Assembly (NCBI GenBank): GCA_036172245.1
Contig: JAYWIR010000001.1
Location: 5,642,001-5,706,000, forward strand
Length of the DNA: 64,000 nt
Source of the DNA: Raillietiella orientalis
Lineage: Eukaryota
Direction of reading: 5' to 3'
Part shown: positions 1-13,246 of the stretch, one piece after another
Layout: each line of letters begins with the position of its first letter
Position numbering within the stretch: position 1 is the stretch's first letter
Notes under the pieces: model-generated
What the model was told of the DNA's origin: nothing
Seen by the model: the letters and a program-made list of their open reading frames with translations, nothing else
Database searches by the model: none
Program-made: the position numbers and the translations under genes

Positions 1-1299
1 TCCGCGCTTGGTTGCACGGGGGAGCCTGCTGCCCTCCTGCTCCCGCCTCCGGTCGAGTGACTCACGTGGCCACGAATCACCTCGGTGATCCACGAGCCAC
101 GCCCAGCAATTCCCCATCCACAACCCATCAGAGCTCCCTACGCAGCGTCACGGGTAAACATCGGTACTCTGTGTCCACATCTCTTCTGATCGCGTGCGTC
201 TACGTTTCTCTTGGATGCTCCGACGAGCGTTGCGCGTTCTCCCCGCGTCGCGACCGGCGAGCGTTTCCATGGAGAACTCCGGCTCCCGGTGAGCGAAGGA
301 GGAGTGGAAATTTCCTGCTCATGTGGGGAGCTGGCTGCAGCCACCCCCCACCCGAGCAGCTGGCTCGGCAGCCGAGTCGTGCAGAATTCCATCCTAACAT
401 TCCAACCCACAGGCCATGGGATGCTGGATCAAAAGGGAAAAAAAGGTAAGGTCCATCCCTGCCATCATCTCCGCATCATCCTTTTGACTAACATGGGAGT
501 GCTCCGGTGCCCTGCAACACAGGACGTCTTTGAGCTCGTGCAGGAGCGGCAAAGTGCGCAGACCCCGCGGGCGTGCTCTCTCCCGAAGGTTCACGTTCCC
601 TCGAACGAGGACCCGAGGGATATCGACCCCGCGTCGACCAGAGGAAATTTCTGGACCGTCCCTCCCACTTTCGAATCAACTCCGGGATGAGGGAGCAACC
701 AACCGACCCGCCCTCTCTGCGTGACTTGCCTCCACCTACACGCGGCAGGAAGATCGCATCGCGCCTGGAGCGTTCGGTTTCCTCATGAGCTTCACACGGG
801 AGTCGGCAGTGTCTCCCCCCCCTCCCTTTATATGCTTCCCGCCTTTCAACGGCTCGTCCTGGACGTGTGGCTGCGGCGTTACCGAAAAAATTCTGTGCCA
901 TCTTGCCGGTCGCAGAGCCCCATTTTGGGATCGTGGCCCGCTACCTGATGAATCGCTTGTTCCCGAACAAAGGGCAATTAGCAGGGAGGTGGTGCCGCGT
1001 GTGCCAGCCTCTCTCCCGCCAGCCCGCGTCCCGCGGAGCGGGCGAACAAAAGAATCCCGCGAGGCGACCGCCCCAGGCTCGTAAGTAACGATCGGAAGGG
1101 AGACGTCGCGCCGGACCTCCGGCGCGGGCAACCTCACCGTCCGCAGAGTCGCACTGCGAAAGCTCAGGTCCGTCTTTTGGCGCTCTTTGAGGGTCCAAAC
1201 TGCTCTGCACCCTGTTTGGTGCGTTCGGTGCGTTCGTCCAGCATGTCTCGTCCGCCGAAGGCGCACCGGCAGCTGCCGCGCTATCTACGTAGAAGGACT

Positions 1300-2696
1300 G
1301 GGTTTGGTTACACCCTGAGGCATCTGACCCCGCTTCTGGTGGTTCACCAGTGAATCTTTTGCCGCTCATAAAACCGAGACTCCCAATAGACGCCGGGGTC
1401 CCGAGTGGCCTCTGTGAGAGTGAGACCAGAGGAACCTCGTCCGCCGCGGAAGCTCCTATGCGAGCTGTCGGGAGATCGGAGGACCCGCCCGCTGCCCTCC
1501 CCAGAGGAAGAATTCTCCGCCCAGAAGTGGGTGCAAGGCAGTCCGGTGGCCACCGCACTTGGCACACGGACTCCCTCTCATTCGGTGGTGCCGGAGCTGC
1601 ATGTCGAAATCACCTGCCCACCCCAGAAACCGCAGTTCTGGAAGAGCATCGCCGCGTGTTACTAAGCTAAGAACAGTCCAGGAGGACGGCGAGGGATACC
1701 GACACATCCAGGGGGATGTTGTAATCGCCTGTTTACCAGTGCCGTCCTGAGCGTAGGTCACACCGTCCTGGAGGATACATGGAGGAGACTGCGGAAGCTC
1801 CCATGAGAGCCGCCGGGAGATCTCCAGCAGGACCGGACGCAGTGGTTCCGGATAGCCATCTCTCCCCTTGCCGCAGAACCGCCTGCCCTCAGGAAAAGCG
1901 ACGACAGCGGGCCAGCCGGCGGGATGCTCCTGCAAAGCTGCAGGATTCGGGAGACTTCGGACGCTACAAGACGAGAGTGTTGGTGGACGGCGCTAATCGC
2001 CGTTCCCGGGCCATGGGACTTCTTCGGTGTGCCTCTCTTCCTGAAGAAATCGTGGCCCCTCCCCTGTATGCAGACAACTGTGTGCGGATACCTCCGTGCT
2101 CCCGCTGCCCTGGAAATGTCCAGGATGTTTCGCTTCTTCCCCAATGGGAGATTCTGGTACAACCAGCTCAAGCAACCGGTTCCCGGGGAATTGCCTCCTA
2201 GAAGTGTTCCAGGCGCTGGAAGACGGGATCGCCCCCGCACCTTTCTCTGGATGCTGTGACGGCCTCAAGGACCTGTAGCAGAGATTCTTTGCCACTCGAA
2301 GCCCCCCCCATCTTCGCTTCGGACACGCCGCGGAGCTTCTCCACGCGAGGCGGAATGACGGCGGGCACTGCGATTGCAAAGAGATGCTGCACCCGCGCCA
2401 TGGCAGCAGCCCGCTCCGCGGCGGAGTCCCGTTCGCAAAAAAGGGAGGCCACCCGAATGACAACCGCCTTGATGAGAACGACTACGAGGTGGTATCCTCA
2501 CCCTTTCTGTCTACCTCTCCGTCCCTATCCTCTCTCCCCTGACTCCCTAAGAGGCCGCCGGTCTGCGTGCTGGTGGTCATCACCCGTGCGCTTCTTTTTT
2601 TTTCGTTGTTTCTCTTGTGTTTAGGGGGCACCGTTCCCCCCCCCCTTTGACTTGTAATTTATTTATTTTTTAATGAAGCTTCGGCGGGACTGGGTG
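1300..2696 (+). mobile_element. Degenerate L1/Tx1-like ORF2 fragment (RT, deletion, zinc finger, 3' terminus)
   Basis: Frameshifted RT-like motifs LPTPETAVLEEHRRVLLS, YKTRVLVDG and LYADNC; C-terminal module CSRRWKTGSPPHL...CCTRAMAAA; T-rich 3'UTR; terminal motif aatgaagcttcggcgggactgggtg at 2672-2696; homologous to 55640-56446. Confidence 0.7.
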
Positions 2697-4204
2697 CAAG
2701 TCGGGAACGCTCCGTTTGTCCCGTGTCTCGCAAAGAGTGAGCCCCTCTTCGTCTGCTTGCGGAACTCGCGATCCTCAAAAACACGTACCCTCGATTTTCA
2801 GGACGCTCCTCAAGGTCGTCGCTCCTCCTCGGTTATGCAAGTTGGCGCTCCCTCTCGCGGAACCGAAGAGGGAGGAGGCCTTTCGCCTCCACCAATTGTC
2901 CGATTCCTTGTTTTTGATCGCCTCCGCGCCGGCGGCAGCTCCAGTCCTCCCGCGGAACGAATTCTTCGGCGTTCCGCCGCTTCTGTCGCGGTAACCCGCC
3001 TCCTCTTCTCCGCCCAAGGCGCCCCTTCTCCAGAGATGACCGAGAAACCTCCAGTTCTCGCCTTCGTGACAAATTGAAGCGCCGGCCCCTGTGCTGCTTC
3101 TTCGGGTCTCCGGCTGCGGCTGAAGAGGCGGCACCGCCCCCTGCGTGACCTTTGATGCACTGGGAACTCTCCTGCAGCGGGACTTGAAGAGACGCTGCTC
3201 TCGGGCCCCGGGGCGGGCCCGTGAGGAGACCTTGAGCACCCGCAGTAGAGTCTTTAAGGATGACTCGCTGCCTCTTTGAGGGCTTCCGGGCAAAAAAGAA
3301 AAAAGCAGCGAAACTTCGAAGGATGCTGTGCCGTTTCCATGTGCCTATCCTCATCCTTGACGGTGGGAAAGCCTGCAGAACTCTCCTCGAAACGTCCGTA
3401 GCCACCGAGGAAACCAGCAACTGCACCCTTTCTGCAGGCTCGAGGAGATGCGGGAGGATTTTCTAAGAAGAACACACAGAAGCCATTCTCTGCGATGCAC
3501 CTCCAGTGGCGTCTGAGGATGGTCCTCTTAACGCTCCCTGGTAAGGGAGTGCTTCTGCGTGGGAGGCAGCCCATCCTTCCGCAAGGCGGGGGACTATTGT
3601 CGACGGATAGACCACGGCTCCCTGAGGTTGGAAGAAGTTTGGCTCCCGTGAGACACCGCGAGCACGCGACCCTACTGGGTCGAGAGCAGATTTTCTCAGC
3701 CTCCCTCCGAGGACCTGATCTTCACGCTGGGACGCGCAGCGGGTACTCCCACAATGGACGCGGAGACTGCGCTTGCTCGCCGAGGGCACCGCTGCGTGCT
3801 GCCACGCATCTCCCGGCACGTCGTTACAGAGAAGGAGGAATCCGTACCTGCGTGTACGCTTTTCGCGCACGCTGTGCGTGTGCCCCCGCGTGTCCACGTC
3901 GTTCACCACGCGTCCATTCTGTTTTCGCCTTTTCCGACTGGGCTCACGCGTCCGCAGAACGTGCTGCCATCCCAGGCATCCCGCTCGTGAGCCCCACGAC
4001 GGATAAAGCAGACGCGGGAGGAAGGGGAGGGGAGGGGACGCACTCGGAAGGGTTTGCAGCCGATCCGGAAGAGAGGCTTCTAAGGCGGACCTCCGCGTCA
4101 TCTCTTCTCAGTCGGTGGGGCGCATTTCTGCGCACTGCTTTCCGTTGCTATGCTGCCCCACAGTGGGAGGTCTGCAGCAACAGTGACACGAGACGATTGG
4201 GCTG

Positions 4205-4320
4205 GAGAAGAAAGAAGAAGAACGAAAGAGAAGGAGGAGGAGGAAGAGGAAGAAAAAGAGGAGGAAAGGAGGGAGGGAAGAAGGAAGGAGGAGGAAGGGA
4301 GGAGGAGGAAGGGAATGAGG
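4205..4320. repeat. Purine-rich (GAA/GGA) low-complexity tract
   Basis: Directly visible run of gaa/gga triplets. Confidence 0.9.
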
Positions 4321-4589
4321 ATCACTCACTCGCGAGAAGCTCACGCCTCTGCCTCGCATCGTTCTCTCCTTCTTCCCAGGGAACGAAGGGCGAGAGGAGT
4401 TTGATCCGCGCATTGAAGTCCCACTCGCCCCCTCGGCTGCCGGGGGCCCATCCGAAAGGATGAGCTCAGCAGCGAACCAGCCGACCCAGACGGGGCCGTA
4501 AAGGAAGGAGGGAATTCTCGTTGGTCATAAACGCATCAAGAGTGCATCCAGCTGCCGGGTTCCGCAGGCGCGCCAGAATGGCCCCCTCG

Positions 4590-7500
4590 CAACCCTACCC
4601 CTGCGAGTGCTGATTAGGAGAGGCGTCTGAGGGACTCTCGCGGAGGGCTATAATCATTTGGGGAATGGGCCTACTGGTTGAGTTCGCCAGGGATGCAGGA
4701 AGAAAGAAGTCCTGTAAAAATTCCCGATTCCAAACACCCTCCTGCACACAGACCTGGCCGTTTATCGATCGCCCCCAGATGGAACACACGTCCACGGACC
4801 AGTGCTCATCAAGGATTCTTTCCCTTGAGCATGGAGGAGCAGACTCTCTCCAGGGACCGCGGGTGATGGGAATCCCACACTGGGAGCCTACAGCCGCAAC
4901 CCCTCCCGACCCGAGAGAGCACCCTGCCAGGAAGGTTCCCGTCTCATCTTGAGCTCGGACGCCCAGCGCCTTCCAGTCGCGCGTGAGGGGCGCGTGGAAT
5001 CGGAGCAGACGGTAGCTGAGGTCATCGCGGCGGCCTCGCTCGGGAGAAACAGACGGAACCTCGTCCAAGAGTTCCACCCATGATGGGACTGGCGGTGCCC
5101 CCTCCAGTACGGGGGATCGGACTGAAAAAACGAGCTGGTTAATCCGTGCGGGAGATGGGGGGGAGGGGGGATTTTCGCTGGAGTGGTTGACTGGTGGTGC
5201 TCGGGACCCCGCTGTCACCCTCGTGGCAGATCCGCGATTTCTACGCGCCTCTTCGCATTTGAAGGAGGAGTCTCGGGTTCGCAGCGGCCTGTCTGGAGGC
5301 GAGACTTCTAAGGCAGGTCTTCTTTCTGGGATGTCCTTGCAGCGGGGCGCTGAGCTCGACTGGAGCCGCTTCGCCAGCCGCACCCAACCCCGTGGCTCCT
5401 TCTGGCGGAGACGAGGTCTCCTGCAGCGGGCGGCTGCTTCGAGTGCCGGATGCGGGCAGCTTCGACCCTGGTCGAGACTGCTGGAGGCCTCCGATGGACC
5501 GCCTGATCCAAGTGACGAGCACCTCGCCCTTCGGGAGGTGGTCACTCGCCGATAGCGGGCGTCGAGAGCCGCCGGAATTGACCGGTGGACTGTCTCTAGG
5601 AAAGGGACTTTGCCATGTGGCACTCGGGCTAGCAAGCCCTCTCTCTCAAGGCCGGGAGCTTCCTGCCAGAACGCCCTGAGTCGCGCGCCTCTCGCCGGAT
5701 GCTCCGAGCGAGGCTGGTGGTCCGCCGGATGCAGACAGTATCTGCCAGTATCTGCGTTTTCTGCCTCCGTGCAGAGGAGGCGAGAGGAAGCTTCGTCTCG
5801 TGTCGTGTGGCAGGGATGGCCCAGCGTGCCCTGGTTCGGCTGCTTGCGAGACCTTCCCATATAGTCCCGTGATGTGGCCAATGTCCCGAGACAGAAATCG
5901 TTCCGTTTCGAGAGAGCGGTCGTAGTCGCATGCACTGCGCTTACGGAAGCTTCACGCGCAGAACGATTGCCAGATTCCATACCTCCTCCGCCGCCGAGAT
6001 TTCGCCCTGACACGCCACTCACTCTCCTTAATTAAAACGCAGTATGAGTGACGCGACACGAGGGCGATCGATGGGTTCTCAATAAATTCCTGCTACAACC
6101 ATTACGGTGGCATCTGTCGGTCCCCTTTCGCTGTCTTGTCTGCTCCCGACGATTCTGTGCTCCTCCTCCTTCTCCTTGTTCTTTTTCTTCTTCTTCTCTT
6201 TTCCTCCTCCTCTTCCTCTTGTTCTTCTTTTTCTTTACCTTCGCCTTCTTCTCCTATTCTTCCTCCTAATCATCATCGTCATCAGCAGCAGCAGCAATAG
6301 CACACCAGCAGCATTTTTTTCCTCTTCCCCCTCCTTCTCCTTTCTTCCTCCCTTTATTCTTCCTTCTTCCTCCTTTCCACCTCCTCCCTCTTCTCCTCCT
6401 TTTTGCTTCTAGAGTCCTATCGATGTCTTCCTTCTACGTCTCTTCGTCTGGTAGTTCTTCACCTCCCTATCCTTTCGATTCTTTGTCCGAAGATTCCACT
6501 GAGCTATTCAGCCACGACTCGGGTTTCAGCATTCAGGACGCTCCGGAGTGTTCCGTTTGGGTTGCTTCCGTTCTAACGGCCTCCTTTAGCAGTCGTCCAT
6601 GAAGACTGTCCCTCGAGGGCATTCATGCCGCTGATTCCACCTCCATGCTTTGGGTGACTCCCGGGGGGGAGAGGGATAGGAGGACTGAACCGTAAAGACA
6701 TGCCACATCAATGCAATGCCACCTCGTTCGGGATAGTCCTTTCTTTGTCTGGACAGGGGTCTCCAGGGTAAAGAGAGTCGGGGTCTTACGATGCAGGCGG
6801 GACTTCCCGTGCCGCTCCATGTGGAGCGTGCTCTCCATGACGACCACGGGAACGGACACTTCGTCCGGCTCTCGAGTGGAAACTCAGCTCAAACAGGAGG
6901 CTGCAGAGCTCGATGGCTCCTGCAGCTGTTCGTCAGAGGATGATGGCGCTGCCTTTCTTTTCCTCCCCGTCTTCTTCCCTTCTCTTTCTCATCGCGTTGC
7001 TCTCCCCCTTTCGACTTCGCCGCTCACCCTGATGCGGCGTCCCATTCCTCACTTTCAGGTAACCATACGTGGCACCCCTCAGGGCTCTCTGCAGGGAACC
7101 CGCGGCTCAGCCGTCGCAAGCCTCTTCAGGAGACGAAGACCCTCTCCCCCTTGGCGGACGACCCAGAAGACCCTTCTTCACCTGCGTCGGGACGGCGCCT
7201 GCGTGGCGCTCCTTTTCGAGCCCATGCTGCAATGTATGCCGGGGACTGGGAGGGCGCGGAAGAAAACGAAACGTGAGAGACCTGGAACGACCGCTCTGCA
7301 GTCATTCCTCGGGAGTGGTCTGGAAGACAAGCCTCTGAATCACCCAGGGGAATGCGTGGCAATGAAGGGGGAGGGGATCTTCCTGGACACTCGGAGGATC
7401 TCTGAAGCGAAGCGCACCGCATACATTGCAGGTCTTAGGTCTCACGCAGAGAAGAGGGAACCCGGAGAAAGGGAGCACGCTGGGCAACGAGGAATTTGAG

Positions 7501-8700
7501 GAGACGAAGGGACTTACGGGACCTCGGCGGTTTCCTTGACGACTGATAGGTTCCTGGGCTCGAAGGGCCCTGAAGACTTCGAAGCTGCGTGTCTATGTGC
7601 CCTGGAGGTCACAGGTCCGAAGAACGCACGGCGCGGGAGCCCCTGACGGCGAATTCCGGAAGAAGCGGAAGCTTCCAGACACAGTGGCATGGAGGACGGT
7701 AGGCAAGGCCCCTGTGAAAAAGACCCACGCATCCGTAGGTCCTTCCCGGACCTTCCTGCCCTTTGCCCCACCTGGCTGCTTATCCTGAAGGATTCCATTC
7801 GGGTTCTCTGATTACCCTGAGGAGGAGCAGTGAGAGCACTCTGCATGAGGAGAAAAAGGGGAATTCCGTCTCCTCGTGAACTCCCCGCATCCGCTTCTTC
7901 CGGAGGAGTGAATGACCCTCTCCCGGGAGGATCATCCCCTCTTGACGAAGGAGCACCTTCTTCAGAGGCAGAGGAGTAGATATACAAAGCAGGAGAAGCC
8001 ATCCATGCTCTGCGGGGGCGGTGAGGAAGAGGTCGGGAAACCTTGGAGCGTCTTCAAGAGTCGCCTTGGGTCACTGATTCCTTGACCGCCGAAGCGGTTG
8101 GATTTAAAGAAATTCCCTCTCCTTCCGTGCTCTCCTCCCTGTCCCCATCGATCTTCCCTATTCCTGATCTTCACCCTGCTTCCTCCAGTCGGGAAGCAAG
8201 CATCACCTCCAGCTGCGGGGGGTTGGAGGAGCGCCTACTGCTCCTCACAGCGGAAGCCCAGAGAGGTTGCTCATCCTGGCATCTGCCGGCAACTACAGGA
8301 AGCAATCTATGGCTTCGCTCTTACGAACGCAGATGGCGATCGTTGTCTCTGATCCTCACTCCCCTCCGGACTCGTCACAACCTCCGGAGCATCCGGAGTG
8401 GTCCGCGAACGGAACTGGGGCGTATGGATGGGTAAACCCCATACTCGCAGCCGTGAAGGGATGAGGACTGTGGGAGAAGCAGGGGGGACCTCCCAGATGG
8501 GGCTCCGAGCAGACGAGCCGCGATGACGTCATCTGGAGGGACGGAACAGTGAGGGAGGGCCTGTAGACGAAAGATGAAAGGGTCCCTCCGGGCTCCCCCC
8601 ACTCTAGGCCACCCTGGAAACCGACCGATCTGGCGGGACGAAGGCGGCGACGGGCGATCTTGCCGGAGCCGGACGGTCCAGTATGGGGCTGGAGAAGGAT
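4590..8700 (-). mobile_element. Heavily degenerate L1/Tx1-like element (ORF1 remnant then APE remnant)
   Basis: RPKTCNVCG knuckle-like motif near 7430 with DNA similarity to 23130-23470; APE-like GGGGMESGNRSAREASV near 5980; interrupted by a low-complexity tract. Confidence 0.45.
6160..6410. repeat. Pyrimidine-rich (TTC/TCC) low-complexity tract
   Basis: Directly visible. Confidence 0.9.
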
Positions 8701-10449
8701 CAGTGGGGAGGAGAGCTTCAGAAATTACACCTGCCTGAGATCCACCTGAGACCTTACTCCCTCTGCCATCCCTCTCTGGGTCTCCTCATCCTACTACTGC
8801 CTTTCCCCACCCCCCCTCCCCAGTGCCCCAGTGTTCCGGTCCCTCTTCGTCCCTTCCTCGCCCCCTCGCAACGGTCTCCCTCGCGCTCTAGTCCCGCTTC
8901 TCCCTTCTCGACTCCCCCTGCTTTAGTTCCTTCTATTCCATGATGGGAGAGTGGCGGGACGAAGGACAGACGTGGAAACGGGGAGGAGTGAGGGAGAGGT
9001 GTGGAACGGCGCCACTGACTCCCGGGGCTCACGGAAGGAAAGGACGCGAGACCTACGAGGTCGGGACCTCCGGTCAGCGGGATGGTCTGCAGACCCTTCC
9101 TCACCCGCACGTTCCGCGCCTTCTTCCTTCTGTTGCCCCGGGTGGAAACTGCCCATCTAAAACTGCCCACTAGGGATGGTCCGTAGGTGGGGCTGCCCCT
9201 CCGAGGGCAGTCTCTCGCTGAGGGTCTCTTCCAGCTGAGTCGGAGGAGAATGCGAACGGCCCGCCAGCGCCAGCGGATGCTTCCCGAGCCGGTAGGCGTG
9301 GTGGTGACGCCGCGCGAAAGTAGCAACGGAGCGTGGAAGCTCTTCGAGTCGCCTCCACTTTCCTCTTGCAGCCGAGCGGAACGTTGCTCCATCCCCATGC
9401 CACCACGATTGGGAGGGTCGTTCCGCTGCTTTCCTTGCACCGAAGCGAAATCCTCCCCGCCGGGAGCACGAGCCACCCTTCGGTCCGCGGGAAAGGTGGG
9501 AGGCAGGTGAGTCTCCCACCTTTCCCGCACCTTCCCCACCCTCTCGGCTCTGCGTCCCTCGTGGTCACGGCGCCGCACTTCGTCCTTTCGAGGTTTTCGC
9601 TCGTGGAGGCGCTCCGAGGGAGTGACATCAACGGACGCCGTGGAGGACTCGCAGAGGTCGCTGTCTGCCGGGAGGAAGCGGCTCATCTTACGGAAGCGCC
9701 TTTTGGAACGTTTCTCCGCTCGCGAGAGATCGACCGCGACCCAGGCGCAAAGAACGGAAGCGCCATCACCAAGCGGGGGTCTCCCCGCTTGAACCCAAAG
9801 GGAAATTTATTTTTTTTAAAAAACAAAACAGGATCATCAGGGAGGAAGAAAACAAAGGGTGGAAGGATTCCGGAGCAGATATCGGATTTCCCGCGTCTGT
9901 CCTTTAGGGGGAGGAACCGGGGAAGGTGCAGGCAACAAACCTTAAAAAGGCGCTTTACGGCTACCTCGGGGATGCAAGAAAAAACGCATTCGGTGGCGGC
10001 AATCTGCGTGGCGGTAGCACCGCTTGGACGCTGCTGCTTCTCTGGAACGACGACGACGACGCTCGAGGTGGCGGAGGATCCCCCGTCGCGGGTCGGCAGG
10101 GCTCCGAAGGAGGCAGAGGGTCGGAGCGACGAGTCGAAAGAGGGAAGGCGGTGGACAGAAGGTTTTCCGGGCGGCTGCCCCGAGCAGCCCCTCGCGCCCT
10201 CGAGGAGCGAATCACCTCTCGCGTCCCTTCCTCCCCGCAGCGGATCAGCCGAGGTTCGTCCCCCGCTGCTGGAGCCACGGGCTCGGAGAAGCCGGTGCGC
10301 CTGCCTCATTCCCAAAACGGCCGAGTTGCCCTCCTCCCCGCTTTCCAGTCGAGGCCTCCTTTCGGCAGGGACGCCTCGCACGGCAGGCTTCCCGGTCGAT
10401 GGAAGATCACGCAGAGCGCCATCCGACGGTGCGGTCGGGTCACCTTTAC

Positions 10450-12068
10450 TCCACAGGTTTTCCAGGAGACCTCTGCGATCTGCGTGAACGTCCAGAGTTT
10501 CCTCGTACTGCGCATCCACGGGGTCCTGAAAGGGAGCAATCTCTTGCACCGCATGCAACAGGGTAAAGCGGACACTCCAAATGTCAGCACTGCGCATCCG
10601 GGTTGAATCGACGGTGTGACCTCGTCACATCAGCAATGGTGCACCACGTGGAACCGGTCGTTTGTGGTGCTCTTGTGAAATGGTGGTTCTTGAGAAATCC
10701 CCGTGCAAGAGCTCTCATGCCTAAGAGCTAAGGAAGGCAGGCTAGCTAAGGAAGCCTTTTCTCCTTTCTTCAACAGCCCTCATGTGACGACATTACGCCG
10801 CCCGCGAGCCCCGCAGATTGACATAACCGGGCATCATCGACCCTTGCAAATTCCTCCTCTCCAGCTTGCTGCCTTCGCCCCCCTTGCGTCGTCCTCATCA
10901 ACCGACAGCAGCAACGACAACAATACAGTCTTCCGCTTCCGTGTTTTCGCGGCTTCCAGAAGGTTTCCTGGGTTGGCAGCAGACGTGTGCCTTGCTCTGA
11001 CGGCTTCCGGTCCGAAATCGGAAGTGCCACTCGATGCGCGTGGGCTTTCTTTCCCTTCCGTTTTCCTGACCGTGGCGCAGACAAGGTCGACGCTACCTAC
11101 TCTTGCGATGGGCGCATCGTCTGAGACAAGCGGACTCCGACGGGTCCCCGCAGCCATCAGCCTGTTTCCAGGAGAGCGGGAACACCGGAATGTCCAGGCA
11201 ATGGGGAGGATCCACAAGTTCTTCGGAGGCGACACTCAAAAGCAGTCCCGTAGCCACTGTACGTGGAGTGGCAGCACTCACGCGTCTTCCAATCGCCAAG
11301 GAGTTTCCTCTTTCCCGCGATGGTGCAGGAAGACTCCCACCTCTCCAGTTGGCAGTTGTTGTCGCTTGTCCTGAGGGCGGACAGGAGGTGTGGCGGCCAG
11401 GGTTGAATATTTCGTCGTGTCCTGCATCACCATGGGGGATGCTGAGATCTCCTGCTTTCAGTCGGACTCTCCGTGCGCCTGCTTCCACCAAGCGTCGGCT
11501 CTTCAGGGCTTCGAAGAATCTGGTCCTCGCCCCATGCATGCTGAAAGCCTCTTGGTGCGTGAATGTTCGTCATGATGGCATCGCTCAATTCGGGCCACTT
11601 GAAAAAAGCTGCCTTGCCCGACCTTCATCGTAGAAGCGGAGCCCCGGCCCTTTACGCCAGGGCGCCTCCCGAGCGGGACGCCTGCGGCTCCTGCTTCCAG
11701 ATGGAGCCCCGGCCATAGGGGAGGAGGAAAGGGAAAGCCTCAACGAGCCTTTTACGTCCGGTGAAATTATCACCGCGATTAAAAGGCTCAAGAGGCGGAA
11801 GGCGCCAGGGGAGGACGGCCTGCCCGCGGAGTTTAAAACTTCGCGGCAGAGATGACCCCCCTGGTGCTCGAGTTGACACGGCTGATCCGGGAAGAAGGCG
11901 ATGTTCCCTGCTCGTTTCGGTCAGCCAGGGTGAGGCTCCTTCCTAAGGGAGGAGACCTCAGGAAATTAAGCAACTGGCGTCCGATCACGATTGTGAACAC
12001 GGACGCCAAGTTGTTGGCTGGACTGTGGGTTGGGCGGCTGGGACAGGTAGCGGAAGTTGGGGAGTTCT
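10450..12068 (+). mobile_element. L1/Tx1-like ORF2 5' half: APE remnant and well-preserved RT N-terminal region
   Basis: APE-like ICVNVQS..KADTPNVSTAH, KEGRL and GRIHKF; then ESLNEPFTSGEIITAIKRLKRRKAPGEDGLPAEF and LLPKGGDLRKLSNWRPITIVNTDAKLLA (typical L1-clade RT domain 0-1); cut at 12068 by another copy's 3' end. Confidence 0.88.
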
Positions 12069-12648
12069 CACCCGGTCACGCCGGGGCGTTTATTAATAAA
12101 CACTTTACATTTGCGGTACGGCCCTGCTACGGCCAATGGTTCATGGGACCTGCCAGGAAGCCGCTTCACAGACCGGCTTGACTCTCTTCGGCAGCGGAGG
12201 GGATAGGGGGTAAAACAAAAAGAAAAATAAATGAAACAAACAAAAAGAAACTATTTGGAGGGCCGGGAAGGGATCACAGCCCGCTAGAGGAAGAGACCAT
12301 CCTTTCCAGGATGCCCTCGAGGTCCGTCGTCATAGCTCCCAGATGGGACCAGCCGATCGCGATTCGCAGGTAGCGACCCGCGTGTGCGATGGCGTCCCTA
12401 TCGCTGCTTTCTCTGTTGGCTGCGCTCCACGCAGCCACAATCCCTCGGAGGCAGCAGAGCGCTGCCAGGGTTGAGGCTGGTGGCAGGGCGTCTCGCACGA
12501 AGAGGAGTCTCACAACGTCTCTGGGGGTACTGCCGACAGGCATCCGGAAGGTCGTAGAAAAACGTTCCCACAAGGGCCGGAGGGCAGCGCAGTCCACTAA
12601 CAGATGGGGGAGGGATTCCTTCTCCCCGCACACTGACGTTGGGGAGGG
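12069..12648 (-). mobile_element. 5'-truncated non-LTR 3' end (zinc finger, C-terminus, 3'UTR, terminal hairpin)
   Basis: ORF 12274-12633 CGEKESLPHLLVDC...LAALCCLRGIVAAWS; terminus aataaacgccccggcgtgaccgggtg at 12094-12069. Confidence 0.9.
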
Positions 12649-13246
12649 TGAGCCCTAATTGCAGCAGGTGCGGGGAAAAAGAATCCCTCCTGCACCTGCT
12701 AAATAGACTGTGTTGCCCTCAGGACCCTTTAGGAACGGTTTGAAGAGACCCTCCGGTTGCCGGCTGGCAGCCGGACAGGCAGGGACGTCATACGTCTTCT
12801 CTTCGTGAGGCACGGCCTGCAGTCAGCCGCAGCCCTGGCAGCACTTTGCTGCATCCGCGGGATTGTGGCTGCCTGGAGCGGCGTCGACACAGGAGGAAGC
12901 AATGAAAGGGACCTCATCGAATACGCAGTTCGCTTCTTGCGAATAGCCACCCGATGGCCTCACCTTAGGAGTATCCGGAAGGACCTCGCTAGGATCCTGC
13001 GAAGGATAGACCCCGCCTCCAGTGGGCCGTGATCCCTTCCCTTCCTCTCCAGAGTGGTTTTTGTATCTATTTTTTATTTTATTTTTGTTTTTGTTCTCTC
13101 CCTATCCCCCTCAGCTGCCGAGGAGAGTCCAGTCAGTCTGCGTACTGACGACCTGGCAGGTCCACTGTTTGATTGGCCGTACTGGGGTGTCGTACCAGGT
13201 TGAACCAGATGGAATTTTTAAATAAATGCCCCGACTTGACCGGGTG
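12649..13246 (+). mobile_element. 5'-truncated non-LTR 3' end
   Basis: CSRCGEKESLLHLL and ORF 12757-13032 LAALCCIRGIVAAWS; terminus aataaatgccccgacttgaccgggtg at 13221-13246. Confidence 0.9.

Noticed and set aside
4595-6022. 475-aa protein-coding gene
   Set aside because: Non-ATG start, R/S/P/A-rich, with only patchy APE-like remnants; a decayed element frame.
6494-6513. tRNA 5' end (GGCTGAATAGCTCAGTGG, minus strand)
   Set aside because: No B box or cloverleaf downstream.
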